Below, in pieces: positions 8,630 through 19,092 of a stretch of 64,000 bases of DNA. Numbering within the stretch: the stretch's first letter is position 1; each line of letters opens with the position of its first letter. Position numbers and translations under genes: made by a program. Where the stretch lies: NCBI GenBank assembly GCA_965215505.1, contig OZ244065.1, forward strand, positions 1,088,001 through 1,152,000. The letters run 5' to 3'. The notes below the pieces were generated by a model, which worked only from the letters and a program-made list of their open reading frames with translations, had not been told where the DNA came from and did not search any database. The stretch is from Capsulimonadaceae bacterium (GTDB lineage Bacteria; Armatimonadota; Armatimonadia; Armatimonadales; Capsulimonadaceae).

Positions 8630-10288
8630 ATGCCCGCAGCGCTCCCTCAGACTGATCGCCGCGCCGGACGCCGCCCGGAACGGCTTCCCAAGCCCCCGCC
8701 GGAGGTGCCCGAAACCGGCGGACCTGTCGCGCCGCTCAACAAGTACCGGTGGATCATCCTCATCGGCCTGGTCACCTCGGCCATTTTGGAGGTCATGGAC
8801 ACCACGATTGTCAATGTCGCCCTGCCGCGCATGTCCGGCAACTTCGGGGCGACCTCCGACGAGATCGCCTGGGTGTCTACCGGCTACATTCTGTCCAACG
8901 TCGTCGTCCTGCCGATGACCGCCTGGCTCTCCCTGCGGATCGGACGCAAGCGCTACCTGTCGCTTTCCATCGGCGTCTTCATCCTGGCGTCGTTTTTGTG
9001 CGGCCTTTCGCACAGCCTGATCGAGATCGTGGCCTTCCGCGTGCTGCAAGGAGGGGCGGGCGCGGCCCTGATCTCCACGGCTCAGGCGACGCTGGTCGAG
9101 ATCTTCCCCGCAAATCAGCAGAGCATGGTACAGGGCTTCTTCGGGCTGGGCCTGGGCGTCGGCCCGGCCGTCGGCCCGCTGATCGGCGGCTGGCTCACCG
9201 ACAACTACTCGTGGAGCTGGTGCTTTTTCATTAACATCCCCATCGGCATGGCCGCCCTGACTCTGGTCGGCCTGTTCTTGCAGGACGCGCCGCAGCCGGG
9301 TGGCGATGTGGCCCGCCACACCCCCATTGACGGCATGGGGATCGGCCTGCTGGCGATCGGCCTAGGGGCGCACCAGTATGTACTGGAAGAAGGCAAGCGG
9401 CTGGACTGGTTTGACAGCGGTCTCATCAAAGAGCTGACGGTCGTGGCGGCGATCGGCCTGGCGCTGTTCCTGTACTGGGAGCTGCGCCGGGGCAACAGGC
9501 ACCCCGTCCTGGACCTGCGCGTCTACCGCGACAGGGGGCTTGCGGCGAGCGTCGCGCTGGCATTCGCGCAGGGCTTCGCGCTGTACGGGATTCTGTTCCT
9601 GTTCCCCCTGTACTCGCAGAACGTTTTGGGCTTCTCGCCGACCGAGACGGGGCTGGTGCTGCTGCCGCAGGGGCTGGTGATCGCCGTGTCCATCGGGGCA
9701 AGCTCGACCGCGATGGAGAAAGGCGCGGACCCGCGCCCGGTCATCCTGACGGGGCTTGCGGTCGGGGCGGTCGGCCTGTGGCTGCTGGGGCACCTGACGG
9801 CGGCGAGCGGCATCCCGGACTGCCGGCTCGCGCTGATGACGGCGGGCTTCGGGATCGGCTGCCTGTTCATCCCGCTGACGCTGACGGCGTTCGCGGGCCT
9901 CCAAGGCCCGCAGATCGCCACGGGGTCGTCGCTGCTGAACTTGGGCCGGCAGATCGGCGGCTCGGTCGGCATCGCGTTCCTGAACACATGGGTCACGAAC
10001 GCGGCGGTCACGTCGCGGTCGGCCATCGTCGCGCACATCACCTCCGGGCAGGCGCTGTTCACGGACCGGCAGGACTCGCTCACGCACGCCTTTGTCGGGC
10101 AGGGCTACGGCCATGCCGCCGCGTCGGCGGCGGCCCTCAGAGTGATTGACGGCGCGGTGCAGACTCAGGCCACCGTGATCGCATATGAGACCGCGTTTTT
10201 GGTTTCCGGCGCGGTGTTCGTGCTGGCCCTGCCGCTGGTCTTTTTTCTGAAGAAGGGCGATGCGTCTAAAGCCGGCGGGGGGCACTGA
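8630..10288 (+). CDS. DHA2 (EmrB/QacA) MFS efflux permease
   Basis: LEVMDTTIVNVALP, WVSTGY and WCFFINIPIG motifs; about 14 TM segments. Confidence 0.92.
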   Translation: MPAALPQTDRRAGRRPERLPKPPPEVPETGGPVAPLNKYRWIILIGLVTSAILEVMDTTIVNVALPRMSGNFGATSDEIAWVSTGYILSNVVVLPMTAWLSLRIGRKRYLSLSIGVFILASFLCGLSHSLIEIVAFRVLQGGAGAALISTAQATLVEIFPANQQSMVQGFFGLGLGVGPAVGPLIGGWLTDNYSWSWCFFINIPIGMAALTLVGLFLQDAPQPGGDVARHTPIDGMGIGLLAIGLGAHQYVLEEGKRLDWFDSGLIKELTVVAAIGLALFLYWELRRGNRHPVLDLRVYRDRGLAASVALAFAQGFALYGILFLFPLYSQNVLGFSPTETGLVLLPQGLVIAVSIGASSTAMEKGADPRPVILTGLAVGAVGLWLLGHLTAASGIPDCRLALMTAGFGIGCLFIPLTLTAFAGLQGPQIATGSSLLNLGRQIGGSVGIAFLNTWVTNAAVTSRSAIVAHITSGQALFTDRQDSLTHAFVGQGYGHAAASAAALRVIDGAVQTQATVIAYETAFLVSGAVFVLALPLVFFLKKGDASKAGGGH

Positions 10289-10311
10289 GCAGAGCCATTA
10301 AGGAGAAGAAT

Positions 10312-10590
10312 ATGAACACTGACGAGGCTGCCGCCTGCCCCTGTGCGGACGACTGGACGGCGATCGAGGCACGTTTCCAGCGTGCCAAACAAACGCTGCT
10401 GGAAGCGCAGCAGCGGCACTGCGACGCCGCCCACGAGTTTCTGCTGGCCCGCGCTCAGGTGCGGCAGATGCTGGAAGCGGTCTTTCCAGGCTCCCCCGGC
10501 GCAGAGGCGGCCCCAAGTCGGTCGGTTCCAGGGACGGGCGGCGGTAGGGCTGCCGCGAGGCAACCAGGAATACGCCCGAAGCACACCTGA
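10312..10590 (+). CDS. Hypothetical protein
   Basis: Strong RBS (AAGGAG) before the ATG; coiled-coil-like core. Confidence 0.45.
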   Translation: MNTDEAAACPCADDWTAIEARFQRAKQTLLEAQQRHCDAAHEFLLARAQVRQMLEAVFPGSPGAEAAPSRSVPGTGGGRAAARQPGIRPKHT

Positions 10591-10607
10591 TCGTCAACGA
10601 ATCATTC

Positions 10608-10643
10608 ACAAGACCACTCGCAAGGAACAAGACCACTCGCAAG
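10608..10643 (+). repeat. 17-bp direct repeat ACAAGACCACTCGCAAG, two copies
   Basis: Copies at 10608-10624 and 10627-10643, just upstream of the P450 start. Confidence 0.8.
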
Positions 10644-10658
10644 AAAGAGACCGACCCG

Positions 10659-11894
10659 ATGCCAGACCCAAACGCCGCCGAACAGTTCGACCCGCGCAGC
10701 CCGCGATTCACCGCCGACTGGTTCACGCTCCTCGCGCAGATGCGCTCCGAAACTCCCGTGACATTCCTCCCGGCGCTTGATGTTTACGCCGTGACTCGGT
10801 GGCAGGAAGTGCGCGACGTTTTGGGTGACCCCGTGACGTTCGCCTCCTCCGAGGCGTTCAGCGCGGGGGTACACCTCGCGCCCGAAGCCACCGCCCTTTA
10901 TCCTCTCACGTCGCCGCTGTTCGCGTACAACCTGATCAACGTGGACAAACCGCTCCACAAGCGCCTGCGTGACCCGCTCATGGCGGCGTTCTCCCTCAAG
11001 CGCGTCCAGTCGCTCGCCCCGCTGGTGACGGCGGACATCGAAAACCTGCTCGACTCGGTCGCGGCGTCGGGCGGTCAGACGGACCTCCTGGCCGCCTTCT
11101 GCAAGCCGCTCCCGCTGCGGACGATCTGCCGGCTCCTCGGCGTCCCGGTGGCGGACGCCGACAAGCTGCGCGGCTGGTCGGACGCGCTCATCGCCTTCCA
11201 GACACCTGGCCTGCCCGTCGAGGTGCAGGTCGGCGCGGCACACGGCCTGCTGGCGCTGGAAGACTACATCCGCAAAATCATCGCCCAGAAGACCGCGACG
11301 CCGGACGACGGCTTGATCTCCGCGCTGGTCGCGGGCCGCGCCGCTGGGGAGAACGACCTGTCGGAGGCTGAGCTGGTGGCGGACATCGGCGTCGTCTTTT
11401 TTGCCGGACACGAGACCACCATCAACACACTCGCCAATGCGTTCCACTCGCTGTTGATCCAGCGCGACCAGTGGGAAGCGGTCGTATCGGGAGCTGTGGA
11501 CGCCGAAGCTCTGACTGATGAACTTCTGCGCCACGATACATCGGTGATGGGCTTGTACCGACGCGCCACCGTGGATGTCGTCATCGGCGGCGTTCCCGTA
11601 CCGCAGGGCGCGACGCTCTGGGTATCCTACGGCGCGGCCAACCGCGACCCTGCCAAGTTCGACGCGCCGGAAACGCTTCGGTGCGGGCGTGAGAACGCTC
11701 GCCAGCATTTGACGTTCGGCTCCGGCGTTCACTACTGCGTCGGGCCGCTGCTCGCCCGCCTGCAAGTGCGCGAGGCGGTGACCAGTGCCGCACGCCGTTT
11801 CCCGGCCATGCGTCTTGCGCCGGGCGCATCGGTGCCGGAAATCCCGCACCATGGCCTTCGCGCTCCGATCACGCTTCCGGTGCTGCTGACGTAG
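10659..11894 (+). CDS. Cytochrome P450
   Basis: I-helix AGHETT, ExxR (ELLR), AANRDP and heme motif FGSGVHYCVG. Confidence 0.95.
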   Translation: MPDPNAAEQFDPRSPRFTADWFTLLAQMRSETPVTFLPALDVYAVTRWQEVRDVLGDPVTFASSEAFSAGVHLAPEATALYPLTSPLFAYNLINVDKPLHKRLRDPLMAAFSLKRVQSLAPLVTADIENLLDSVAASGGQTDLLAAFCKPLPLRTICRLLGVPVADADKLRGWSDALIAFQTPGLPVEVQVGAAHGLLALEDYIRKIIAQKTATPDDGLISALVAGRAAGENDLSEAELVADIGVVFFAGHETTINTLANAFHSLLIQRDQWEAVVSGAVDAEALTDELLRHDTSVMGLYRRATVDVVIGGVPVPQGATLWVSYGAANRDPAKFDAPETLRCGRENARQHLTFGSGVHYCVGPLLARLQVREAVTSAARRFPAMRLAPGASVPEIPHHGLRAPITLPVLLT

Positions 11895-11926
11895 AACAAT
11901 CATGTGAACTTGAAGGAGTGACTGCC

Positions 11927-12893
11927 ATGACCGAGAGAATCAATTCGACCCTTGATGTGCTGAAGGGCCACCTGACCGGGGCAGCCGCCAAGAGGGGCGT
12001 GGAGGCGATCCGGCAGTGGGAGGCCGATCTGGAGGAGGCCGACTGGCGCGGGTCCAAGAGTATCCATGCCGACTTGGTCAAGCTGCGCCGCCACCTGGAA
12101 AGCGGCGTTCTGGACGGCGTCGTTGTCGGCGCGCTGCTGGTCAAGCTGGGCGGGTCCACCGTGTACGCCGCCGCGCACACCGAGGGCCACACCGGCGGCA
12201 AGCTGGAGAGCCTGGGGCGGGCGCTCGTGCAGGCCGGCAAGGGACTACGCGCCGATGTCGGGCAGAGCATGCGGGGCCGTGAGCTTGGGCTGGCGCGTGA
12301 GGAGCTGCGCGCCAAAGACCCGGTGCTGCGCGGCCTGATCGACGCCAACCCTGAACTCGACGTTGATGCCTGGCGGCAGTCGCTCCCGGTGAAGGGTCTT
12401 TTCGAGGCCCTCCTGTTCCAGATCGTGGGGCAGCAGATCTCGGTGTCCGCCATGAACGCCATCTACACCCGTCTGCGCGCACTCTTCCCCGGCGGCAAGC
12501 CCGACCCAGAAATCCTCGCAGGAACCCCCGGCGACGTGCTGCGGGGCATTGGCCTCTCGGCGCGCAAGGCCGAGTACGCCAGGGACCTCGCGCGGCGTGC
12601 GGTCGCGGGGGAGCTTGACGGGATGGCGGACCTCCCCCACGAGGAGGCGCGGAAGAGGCTCGTTTCCTTCCGGGGCATCGGCCCTTGGACCGCTGACGGG
12701 GCCCTGCTCATCGCGTTCGGCTGGTCCGATGTCCTCGTTGCGGGGGACTTGGTGCTGCGTAAGGCGGTCCAGCGAGCCTACGGCCTCCCCGCCCTCGGAG
12801 AAAGAGGTCGAGGCGATCGGGGAGCGGTGGAAACCGCACCGCACGCTCGCTGCGGGCTATCTCTTCGAGTCGATGGGACTCGCAACCATCTAG
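11927..12893 (+). pseudogene. AlkA-like DNA-3-methyladenine glycosylase with extra N-terminal domain, frameshifted near 12795
   Basis: IVGQQIS and HhH RGIGPWTA motifs; the expected C-terminus ERWKPHRTLAAGYL lies in another frame ending at 12893. Confidence 0.8.
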
Positions 12894-12900
12894 GCCGTGA

Positions 12901-13488
12901 TCAGCGCTGATCGGGGGGCTTCGTCTTGCGGGGCCGTGGGTGGCGCTCGTCGGAGATGACATCGGGGGCGGCGGCCAGCAGGGCGGTCAGGTAAGCGATC
13001 TCCGCTTCAAGCCGGTATTCAAAGTGCCGGAGCGCCCACTGCTTGGCCACGCCGATATACTCCCTTGCTTCCTCACCGATGTGCTTGATCTCCGCCAGCC
13101 GCGCCTGCATCTCCTCCAGGCGTTCAGAAAGGACCGAGGGCAGCGTGTCTAGGAGTTCGGGGTCGAGCCGCGTGAGTGCGAGGTCGAAGGGATCAAACTT
13201 GAACTCGATCTCACTGAGGCCCTCGCGGCGAAGTGCGGCGAGGGTAGTACGTCCCTCCTCGGTTATCTCATAGAGCTGGCGGACCGGCCGGTTCCCTGCG
13301 CGCTCGCGGCCCGCCTCCCGCAGCAGGCCCTCAGAGGTGAGCCGCTTCATCGCCCCGTAGACCGCGCCGACGGTGATGTCGGTCCACAAGTGGACGCGGT
13401 TGCGCTCGGCTTCGAGACGCAGGCGATGACCGTGCATCGGGCCGAGTTCGGCGAAGGACGAGAGGATGAATAATCGGATGGAGGACAT
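12901..13488 (-). CDS. PadR family transcriptional regulator
   Basis: GPMHG...GAVYGAMKRL..EGL...YEITEEG. Confidence 0.88.
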   Translation of the reverse strand: MSSIRLFILSSFAELGPMHGHRLRLEAERNRVHLWTDITVGAVYGAMKRLTSEGLLREAGRERAGNRPVRQLYEITEEGRTTLAALRREGLSEIEFKFDPFDLALTRLDPELLDTLPSVLSERLEEMQARLAEIKHIGEEAREYIGVAKQWALRHFEYRLEAEIAYLTALLAAAPDVISDERHPRPRKTKPPDQR

Positions 13489-13607
13489 ATTGCTTTCGTG
13501 CGAGTAATCGGGTACTATGCTTCTAATTGCTCTTGTAAGAGTAATCGTGTCAACGCCGGGGGCCGCTCTTACAGTATACCTGTATCGGCAAGAGGAAGGA
13601 TTTCAAG

Positions 13608-14501
13608 ATGCGTGTCTTTTTGACCGGAGCCACAGGCTTCGTCGGTTCCGCCATCATCCCGGAACTCATCAACGCGGGGCATCAGGTACTTGGATTAACA
13701 CGGTCGGAGGCCGGTGCCCAATCTCTGGCCGCCGCCGGAGCCGGGGTGCATCGGGGGGACCTTGAAGACCTGGAAAGTCTGCGGAGCGGGGCGGCGGCCT
13801 CGGACGGCGTGATCCACTGCGGCTTTAACCATGACTTTTCTAAGTTTGTGGAGAATTGCGAGGCAGACCGACGCGCCATCGAGGCGATGGGTTCCGTGCT
13901 TGTCGGCTCCGACCGGCCCCTGCTCATCACCTCCGGGACCGGAATGGGGAGCGCCGCGCCGGGTCAGCCCGCGACCGAAGACTACTTCGACGCCGACAAC
14001 CCGAACCCTCGCAAAGCTTCGGAAGAGGCCGGCGCTTCCGTGGCGGGCCGTGGCGTGAACGTGTCCGTAGTGCGGCTTCCCCAGGTCCACGACCCCGTCA
14101 AGCAGGGCCTCATCTCCCCCCTGGTTCAGATCGCCCGTGAGAAGGGAGTCTCGGCCTATGTGGGCGACGGCCTCAACCGCTGGCCGGCGGCACACGTCAG
14201 CGACGTCGCCCGTCTGTATCGGCTGGCCCTGGAGAAGCAGGAGGCGGGCAGCAGATACCACGCAGTCGCGGAAGAGGGGGTCGCAGTCCGGGAGATCGCG
14301 GAAGTCATCGGCCGGGGCTTGAAGGTGCCGGCGGTCAGCCTTTCGCCGGAGGAAGCCCCGGACCATTTCGGATGGCTCGGCGCGTTCGTCGGGTACGACC
14401 TTCCCGCGTCGAGCGCGCAAACGCAGGAACGGCTGGGATGGCACCCGACCGGGCCGGGGCTGCTCGCCGATCTCGAACAGATGCGATACTTCAAGGCCTA
14501 A
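13608..14501 (+). CDS. Extended SDR / NAD-dependent epimerase family oxidoreductase
   Basis: MRVFLTGATGFVG and GDGLNRWPAAHV. Confidence 0.9.
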   Translation: MRVFLTGATGFVGSAIIPELINAGHQVLGLTRSEAGAQSLAAAGAGVHRGDLEDLESLRSGAAASDGVIHCGFNHDFSKFVENCEADRRAIEAMGSVLVGSDRPLLITSGTGMGSAAPGQPATEDYFDADNPNPRKASEEAGASVAGRGVNVSVVRLPQVHDPVKQGLISPLVQIAREKGVSAYVGDGLNRWPAAHVSDVARLYRLALEKQEAGSRYHAVAEEGVAVREIAEVIGRGLKVPAVSLSPEEAPDHFGWLGAFVGYDLPASSAQTQERLGWHPTGPGLLADLEQMRYFKA

Positions 14502-14565
14502 CTTCACAGCCTGAACGGACTGCCCCGGACCTAGTCTTCCAAGGCTGAGTCCGGGGACAGAAAGA

Positions 14566-15690
14566 ATGACCTTAATGCCAACGAATACAGCCGCGTGGCT
14601 CGGATCGAAGCAGGCCCAGCTTGAGGTCAAGTCCGCGCCCTACACGCCCCCGCGCGCAAACGAGATCGTCGTCAAGAACCACGCTGTGGCCATCAACCCC
14701 ATCGACTGGATACTACAGGTCGTCGGCGGCCTCATCTTTCCCTGGATCAAATACCCCTTCGTCCTCGGCTCGGACCTCGCGGGCGAGGTCGTCGAGGTCG
14801 GGAAAGACGTCACTCGGTTCAAAGTAGGCGACCGCGTCCTCGGTCATGCCGTGGGATCGGCCAAAACGCGCAACTCTGCGGCGGAAGGCGCGTTCCAGGA
14901 ATACACCGTCGTCCTCGCCCACATGGCCGCGCCGATCCCCGACGCCATGCCTTACGAAAACGCCGTTGTCCTGCCACTGGCCCTCTCCACCGCCGCCTGC
15001 GGCCTGTTCCAGAAAGACCATCTGGCGCTTTCTTATCCTGCGGCGGCCCCGAAACCCACCGGCCAGGCCCTTCTCGTCTGGGGCGGTTCAACCAGTGTCG
15101 GCGGCAATGCCATCCAGCTTGCGGTCGCGGCGGGCTATGAAGTCATCACGACATCTTCGCCCCGGAACTTCGACTACGTCAAAGAACTGGGAGCAAGCCA
15201 GGCCTTCGACTATCGCAGCAAGACGGCGGTCGCAGACACCATCGCGGCCCTCAAGGGCAAGACGATAGCGGGCGCTCTCGCCATCGGGGCCGGGTCGGCC
15301 GAGGCTTGTATCGACATCGTCCATGCCTGCCACGGCACGAAGTTCGTCTCGACGGCCAGTACGCCCGTCTCGTTTGACACCCTTCCGCCGCACCCCGGCA
15401 TGGGCCGAGTGCTTCCCCTTCTCCTGCGGATCGTGTCGTCCACCGTGTCGCTACAGGTGAAGTGCCGCGCGCGACATATCCGCACCAAGTTCATCATCGG
15501 CGACACTCTGATAGACAACGAGGTCAGCCGGGTGATCTACGAAGACTTCTTGCCCGGCGCTCTCGCCGAAGGCCGCTACGCCGCCGCCCCGGACCCGGAG
15601 ATCGTCGGCGAGGGCCTTGAATACATACAGGCCGGACTGGACATTCAGAAGAAAGGCGTGTCCGCAAAGAAAGTGGTCGTCTCCCTATGA
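14566..15690 (+). CDS. MDR-family (trans-enoyl reductase-like) oxidoreductase
   Basis: AVAINPIDW, YPFVLGSDLAGEV and WGGSTSVG. Confidence 0.88.
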   Translation: MTLMPTNTAAWLGSKQAQLEVKSAPYTPPRANEIVVKNHAVAINPIDWILQVVGGLIFPWIKYPFVLGSDLAGEVVEVGKDVTRFKVGDRVLGHAVGSAKTRNSAAEGAFQEYTVVLAHMAAPIPDAMPYENAVVLPLALSTAACGLFQKDHLALSYPAAAPKPTGQALLVWGGSTSVGGNAIQLAVAAGYEVITTSSPRNFDYVKELGASQAFDYRSKTAVADTIAALKGKTIAGALAIGAGSAEACIDIVHACHGTKFVSTASTPVSFDTLPPHPGMGRVLPLLLRIVSSTVSLQVKCRARHIRTKFIIGDTLIDNEVSRVIYEDFLPGALAEGRYAAAPDPEIVGEGLEYIQAGLDIQKKGVSAKKVVVSL

Positions 15691-16555
15691 GAACAGTCCT
15701 GGTCATTGGCGCTTCGGGCTTTGTCGGGGGACATGCCGCTCGGGCGCTGCTCGCGGCCGGGTACGCGGTCCGCTGCCTAGCGCGTGACCCGGCGCGGGTC
15801 CAAGGCCTGGCGACGCTCGGCTGCGAAGTCGTCCGGGGCGACGTTTCCGAATCCGCATTCGTGGAGCAGGCCTTGGACTCCGTTCAGGCGGTCTATGTCT
15901 CGGTACACACGCTGTCGCCTCAGCCGGGCAGTGCGGGCGATCGGCGCTTCATGGCGGTGGAGAGGGACGGGCTGGAGAACATCGTTACGGCCTGCCGGGC
16001 GCAGGGGGTGCGCCGCCTGATCTATGTCACCTCGCTGGGGATTACAGCCGATGCATCAAGCGAGTGGCTGCGAGAGCGCGGGCGGGCGGAACAATTTTTG
16101 CTCGGCAGCGGCCTCGACGTGACTATCCTCCGGCCCGGCATGATCGTCGGCGTGGGCGGGCGCGGCTTCGGGATGATAGCGGGCCAGGCCAAAAAGTCGG
16201 TCGCCGCCTTCTTGGGCGGCGGGCAGCCGATGCGCTCCATCGGCATTGACGACCTGACCTATTACCTCTCGGGCGTGCTGGACGACACGCGCTGACGAAC
16301 GGCGAGAGGCTTGACATTGCGACGGACATTCTCGGTCGTCGCCCTCCCCTCAAGCTGCAAATCCCGACTTCGCTTCTGAGCGCACTCGCGCCGCTGATCG
16401 AGCGCGCGGGCAATCTCCCGAAGGGGGCGATGAGGGGGATGGTGGACAGCCTGGAGGCCGATGCGAGCGGCGACCCGATGCCCATCCGGGCATTGCTGCC
16501 TCGGCCGCTCCTGTCCTTCCGGCAGGCGGTAAAGCGGGCATTGATGATTGAATAG
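15687..16555 (+). pseudogene. NAD(P)H-binding (atypical SDR) protein interrupted near 16291
   Basis: GASGFVG; stop after DDTR, and a second frame 16292-16555 continues as LTNGERLDIATDILGRR...FRQAVKRAL. Confidence 0.75.
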
Positions 16556-16562
16556 AGACGCC

Positions 16563-17471
16563 CTACATTTGATGGATGGGATAGCCTGTTTCTTTGATTT
16601 TCAGCGCGTCCCGCAAGGGCGAGTTCCCAAACATACGAGAATATTCCCGGCTGAATTGGGAGGCACTTTTGTACCCTACTTTGAAAGCTGAACCCTCGGC
16701 GGTTTCACCCTCATCGGTCATCAAGCGCCTTGCTTCCAGCAAGCGAAGGCGCTTCTGATACTGAATCGGACTGAGCGCCGTCACTTCTTTGAAGTGCTTG
16801 AAAAAAGCGGAGCGGCTCATTGCCGCCGCCTTTGCAAGAGCGCCGACATCTATCTCCTCCTCGAGTTCGGCTCTGAGGCTGTAAATCGCCTGAGAGATCT
16901 TGTGCCTATTGCTGCCGGAGCGAACGAACTGTCGGATCGCCGGTCCGTCGGGTCCTTTTAATAGATGATACATCAGTTCTTTAATTACCAGAGGCCCAAG
17001 CACGGGTGCGTCCTCGAGCGCCCGGCAAAGCTCTCCCAGCCGAAGCGCCGCGTCCAGCATTGGATCGCTCGCTCTACCGAGGAACACTGCACGCCCCGAA
17101 TCCTCCGTTTCCTGCGGAGAAGATTTTCCCATCTGAGCCGCGACTTCGCTCAAGGTCAGCGGATCAAAAACGATTTTGAGACACAAAAAAGGCCTCTCCG
17201 GTGTTGCCGAGCAGACGCGGCTGATGACGGGCAAATCAATTGGGGTGGCAACATAATGCGCCCTGTTGTACTGATAGGTTTCGCGTCCCAGCGTGATTTC
17301 CTTTGACCCCTGGGCGATGATGCTTATCGAGGCACGCCAGTGCTGCTTTGTGGGGCGACTTGGCTGAGAGATCTTTATGCAATGCGTGCCTGCAACGGGC
17401 AGCTCATGGAGACCGTCTCCAGGGGAGAATTGGGTGATTATGTTTGCTAGTTCGTTGAGTAATTCCGTCAT
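16563..17471 (-). CDS. AraC family regulator (YqhC-like)
   Basis: MSRSAFFKHFKEVTALSPIQYQKRLRL and VGYKSASQFSREYSRMFG; GGAGG RBS. Confidence 0.92.
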   Translation of the reverse strand: MTELLNELANIITQFSPGDGLHELPVAGTHCIKISQPSRPTKQHWRASISIIAQGSKEITLGRETYQYNRAHYVATPIDLPVISRVCSATPERPFLCLKIVFDPLTLSEVAAQMGKSSPQETEDSGRAVFLGRASDPMLDAALRLGELCRALEDAPVLGPLVIKELMYHLLKGPDGPAIRQFVRSGSNRHKISQAIYSLRAELEEEIDVGALAKAAAMSRSAFFKHFKEVTALSPIQYQKRLRLLEARRLMTDEGETAEGSAFKVGYKSASQFSREYSRMFGNSPLRDALKIKETGYPIHQM

Positions 17472-17636
17472 AAATCCTCCAGTACAGGATCTGCACTTTG
17501 CATCCCCATTATAGCGCATTGTGGACTATTAGGCAATAGATTTGGACTTTTATGGTTGGCACTCAAGAAAGAGCGAAGGTACTATCATGTCTCGGAAGAC
17601 GCCATAAATGACAAAGAACAAGGAGGAAAAATAAAT

Positions 17637-18119
17637 ATGAAGACGACAGGCGAAAGAATGGACCCCGAGCTAGCTGAGGCGCTCGCGGCCATACCGATGG
17701 GGCCGAACGGGATATTCGACCTGAACGACATTGAAGGAACGCGGGCGGCGGTGCGCGAGATGGCGGCAGCCATGTCTGTCGGGCCGGAAGATACGACTGT
17801 ATCCATCGAAACGGTCGAAGTGGGCCGTTCCGAGGGGCCGGACGTGCCGATCAGGCTCTTCCGACCAGCGATGCGGCCCGGCCTGCTTCCTGCTCTACTC
17901 TGGTTCCACGGCGGCGGGCAGGTCCTCGGCGATGCAGCCCAGGAAGATCAGTCCCTCAAGCGCATGTCTGTCCAAGTCGGCTGCGTGATCGCCGCTGTTG
18001 ACTACCGTCTGGCGCCTGAGACGCGCTCTCCGGGAGCGGCGGAGGACTGCTACCTCGCGTACCAATAATTATGCCGTGAGGCAGTACGGCTGGGCATCGA
18101 CGCCGGCCGGATCGGCATT
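17637..18119 (+). pseudogene. Truncated alpha/beta hydrolase (HSL family esterase)
   Basis: HGGG and VDYRLAPE; TAA at 18066-18068 where Trp is expected; homology continues LGIDAGRIGI and stops before the GxSxG motif. Confidence 0.8.
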
Positions 18120-18172
18120 CTGGCGTCGATGGCTGCTTCCATTTCGCTGATTGAATTGAAGGAGGATTTAAC

Positions 18173-19081
18173 ATGCGTGTTTTCGTAACAGGAGCCACCG
18201 GCTTCATCGGCTCGGCGGTCGTGACCGAGCTAAAGGCGGCGGGGCACCAGGTGCTGGGGTTGGCCCGCAACGACGCTGCCGGCGAGGCATTGGCGAGGAT
18301 GGGCGCTGGGGCACACCGGGGCGACTTGATGGACCCGGAGAGCCTCGCGGCAGGTGCGCGGGCTTGCGACGGCGTGGCCCATCTGGCCTTCAACCACGGC
18401 TTTGGCACGACCCCGCTTGATGTCGCCGCCGGGATGGACCTGCGTGCGGTGGAGGCGATGACCGGCGCGCTGGAAGGCACGGGCAAGTCTTTCGTCCTGA
18501 CGTCCGGGACTCTGATGATTGCGTTCGGCCGCGCCGACGCAGGAACCGGCACGGAGGAGGACGCGCCGGTGAGCCTGGACATCCCGCGCGCCGCGTCGGA
18601 GGCGGCGGTGCTGGCGGCCGCCGGTCGTGGCGTGCGCTCCAGTATCGTGCGATTGTCGCCCACGGTCCACGGCGCGGGCGACCACGGCTTCGTGCCCATG
18701 CTGATTGAGACCGCGCGCCGCACAGGCGTCGCTGCCTACATCGGCGACGGCGCGAACCTCTGGCCGGCGGTCCACCGTCTGGACGCCGCGCGCCTCTACC
18801 GGCTGGCGCTCGAGAAGGCCGCCCCCGGAACACGCCTGCACGGCGTGGCCGAGGAGGGCGTACCGACCCGAGAGATCGCCGAGGTGATCGGCCGACGCCT
18901 GGGCCTGCCGGTCGTCAGCAAGTCCCCCGAAGAGGCCGCCAACCATTTCGGCTGGATCGCGTACTTCCTGGGCATCAACGGCCCGGCGTCGAGCGCGCTC
19001 ACGCGGGAAGGGCTGGGGTGGCACCCGACGCAGCCGGGGCTGATCGCCGACCTCGACCATGGGACCTATTTCGACGCCTGA
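18173..19081 (+). CDS. Extended SDR oxidoreductase, paralog of 13608-14501
   Basis: MRVFVTGATGFIG and WPAVHRLDAARLYRLALEK. Confidence 0.9.
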   Translation: MRVFVTGATGFIGSAVVTELKAAGHQVLGLARNDAAGEALARMGAGAHRGDLMDPESLAAGARACDGVAHLAFNHGFGTTPLDVAAGMDLRAVEAMTGALEGTGKSFVLTSGTLMIAFGRADAGTGTEEDAPVSLDIPRAASEAAVLAAAGRGVRSSIVRLSPTVHGAGDHGFVPMLIETARRTGVAAYIGDGANLWPAVHRLDAARLYRLALEKAAPGTRLHGVAEEGVPTREIAEVIGRRLGLPVVSKSPEEAANHFGWIAYFLGINGPASSALTREGLGWHPTQPGLIADLDHGTYFDA

Positions 19082-19092
19082 AAGGAGTACCG

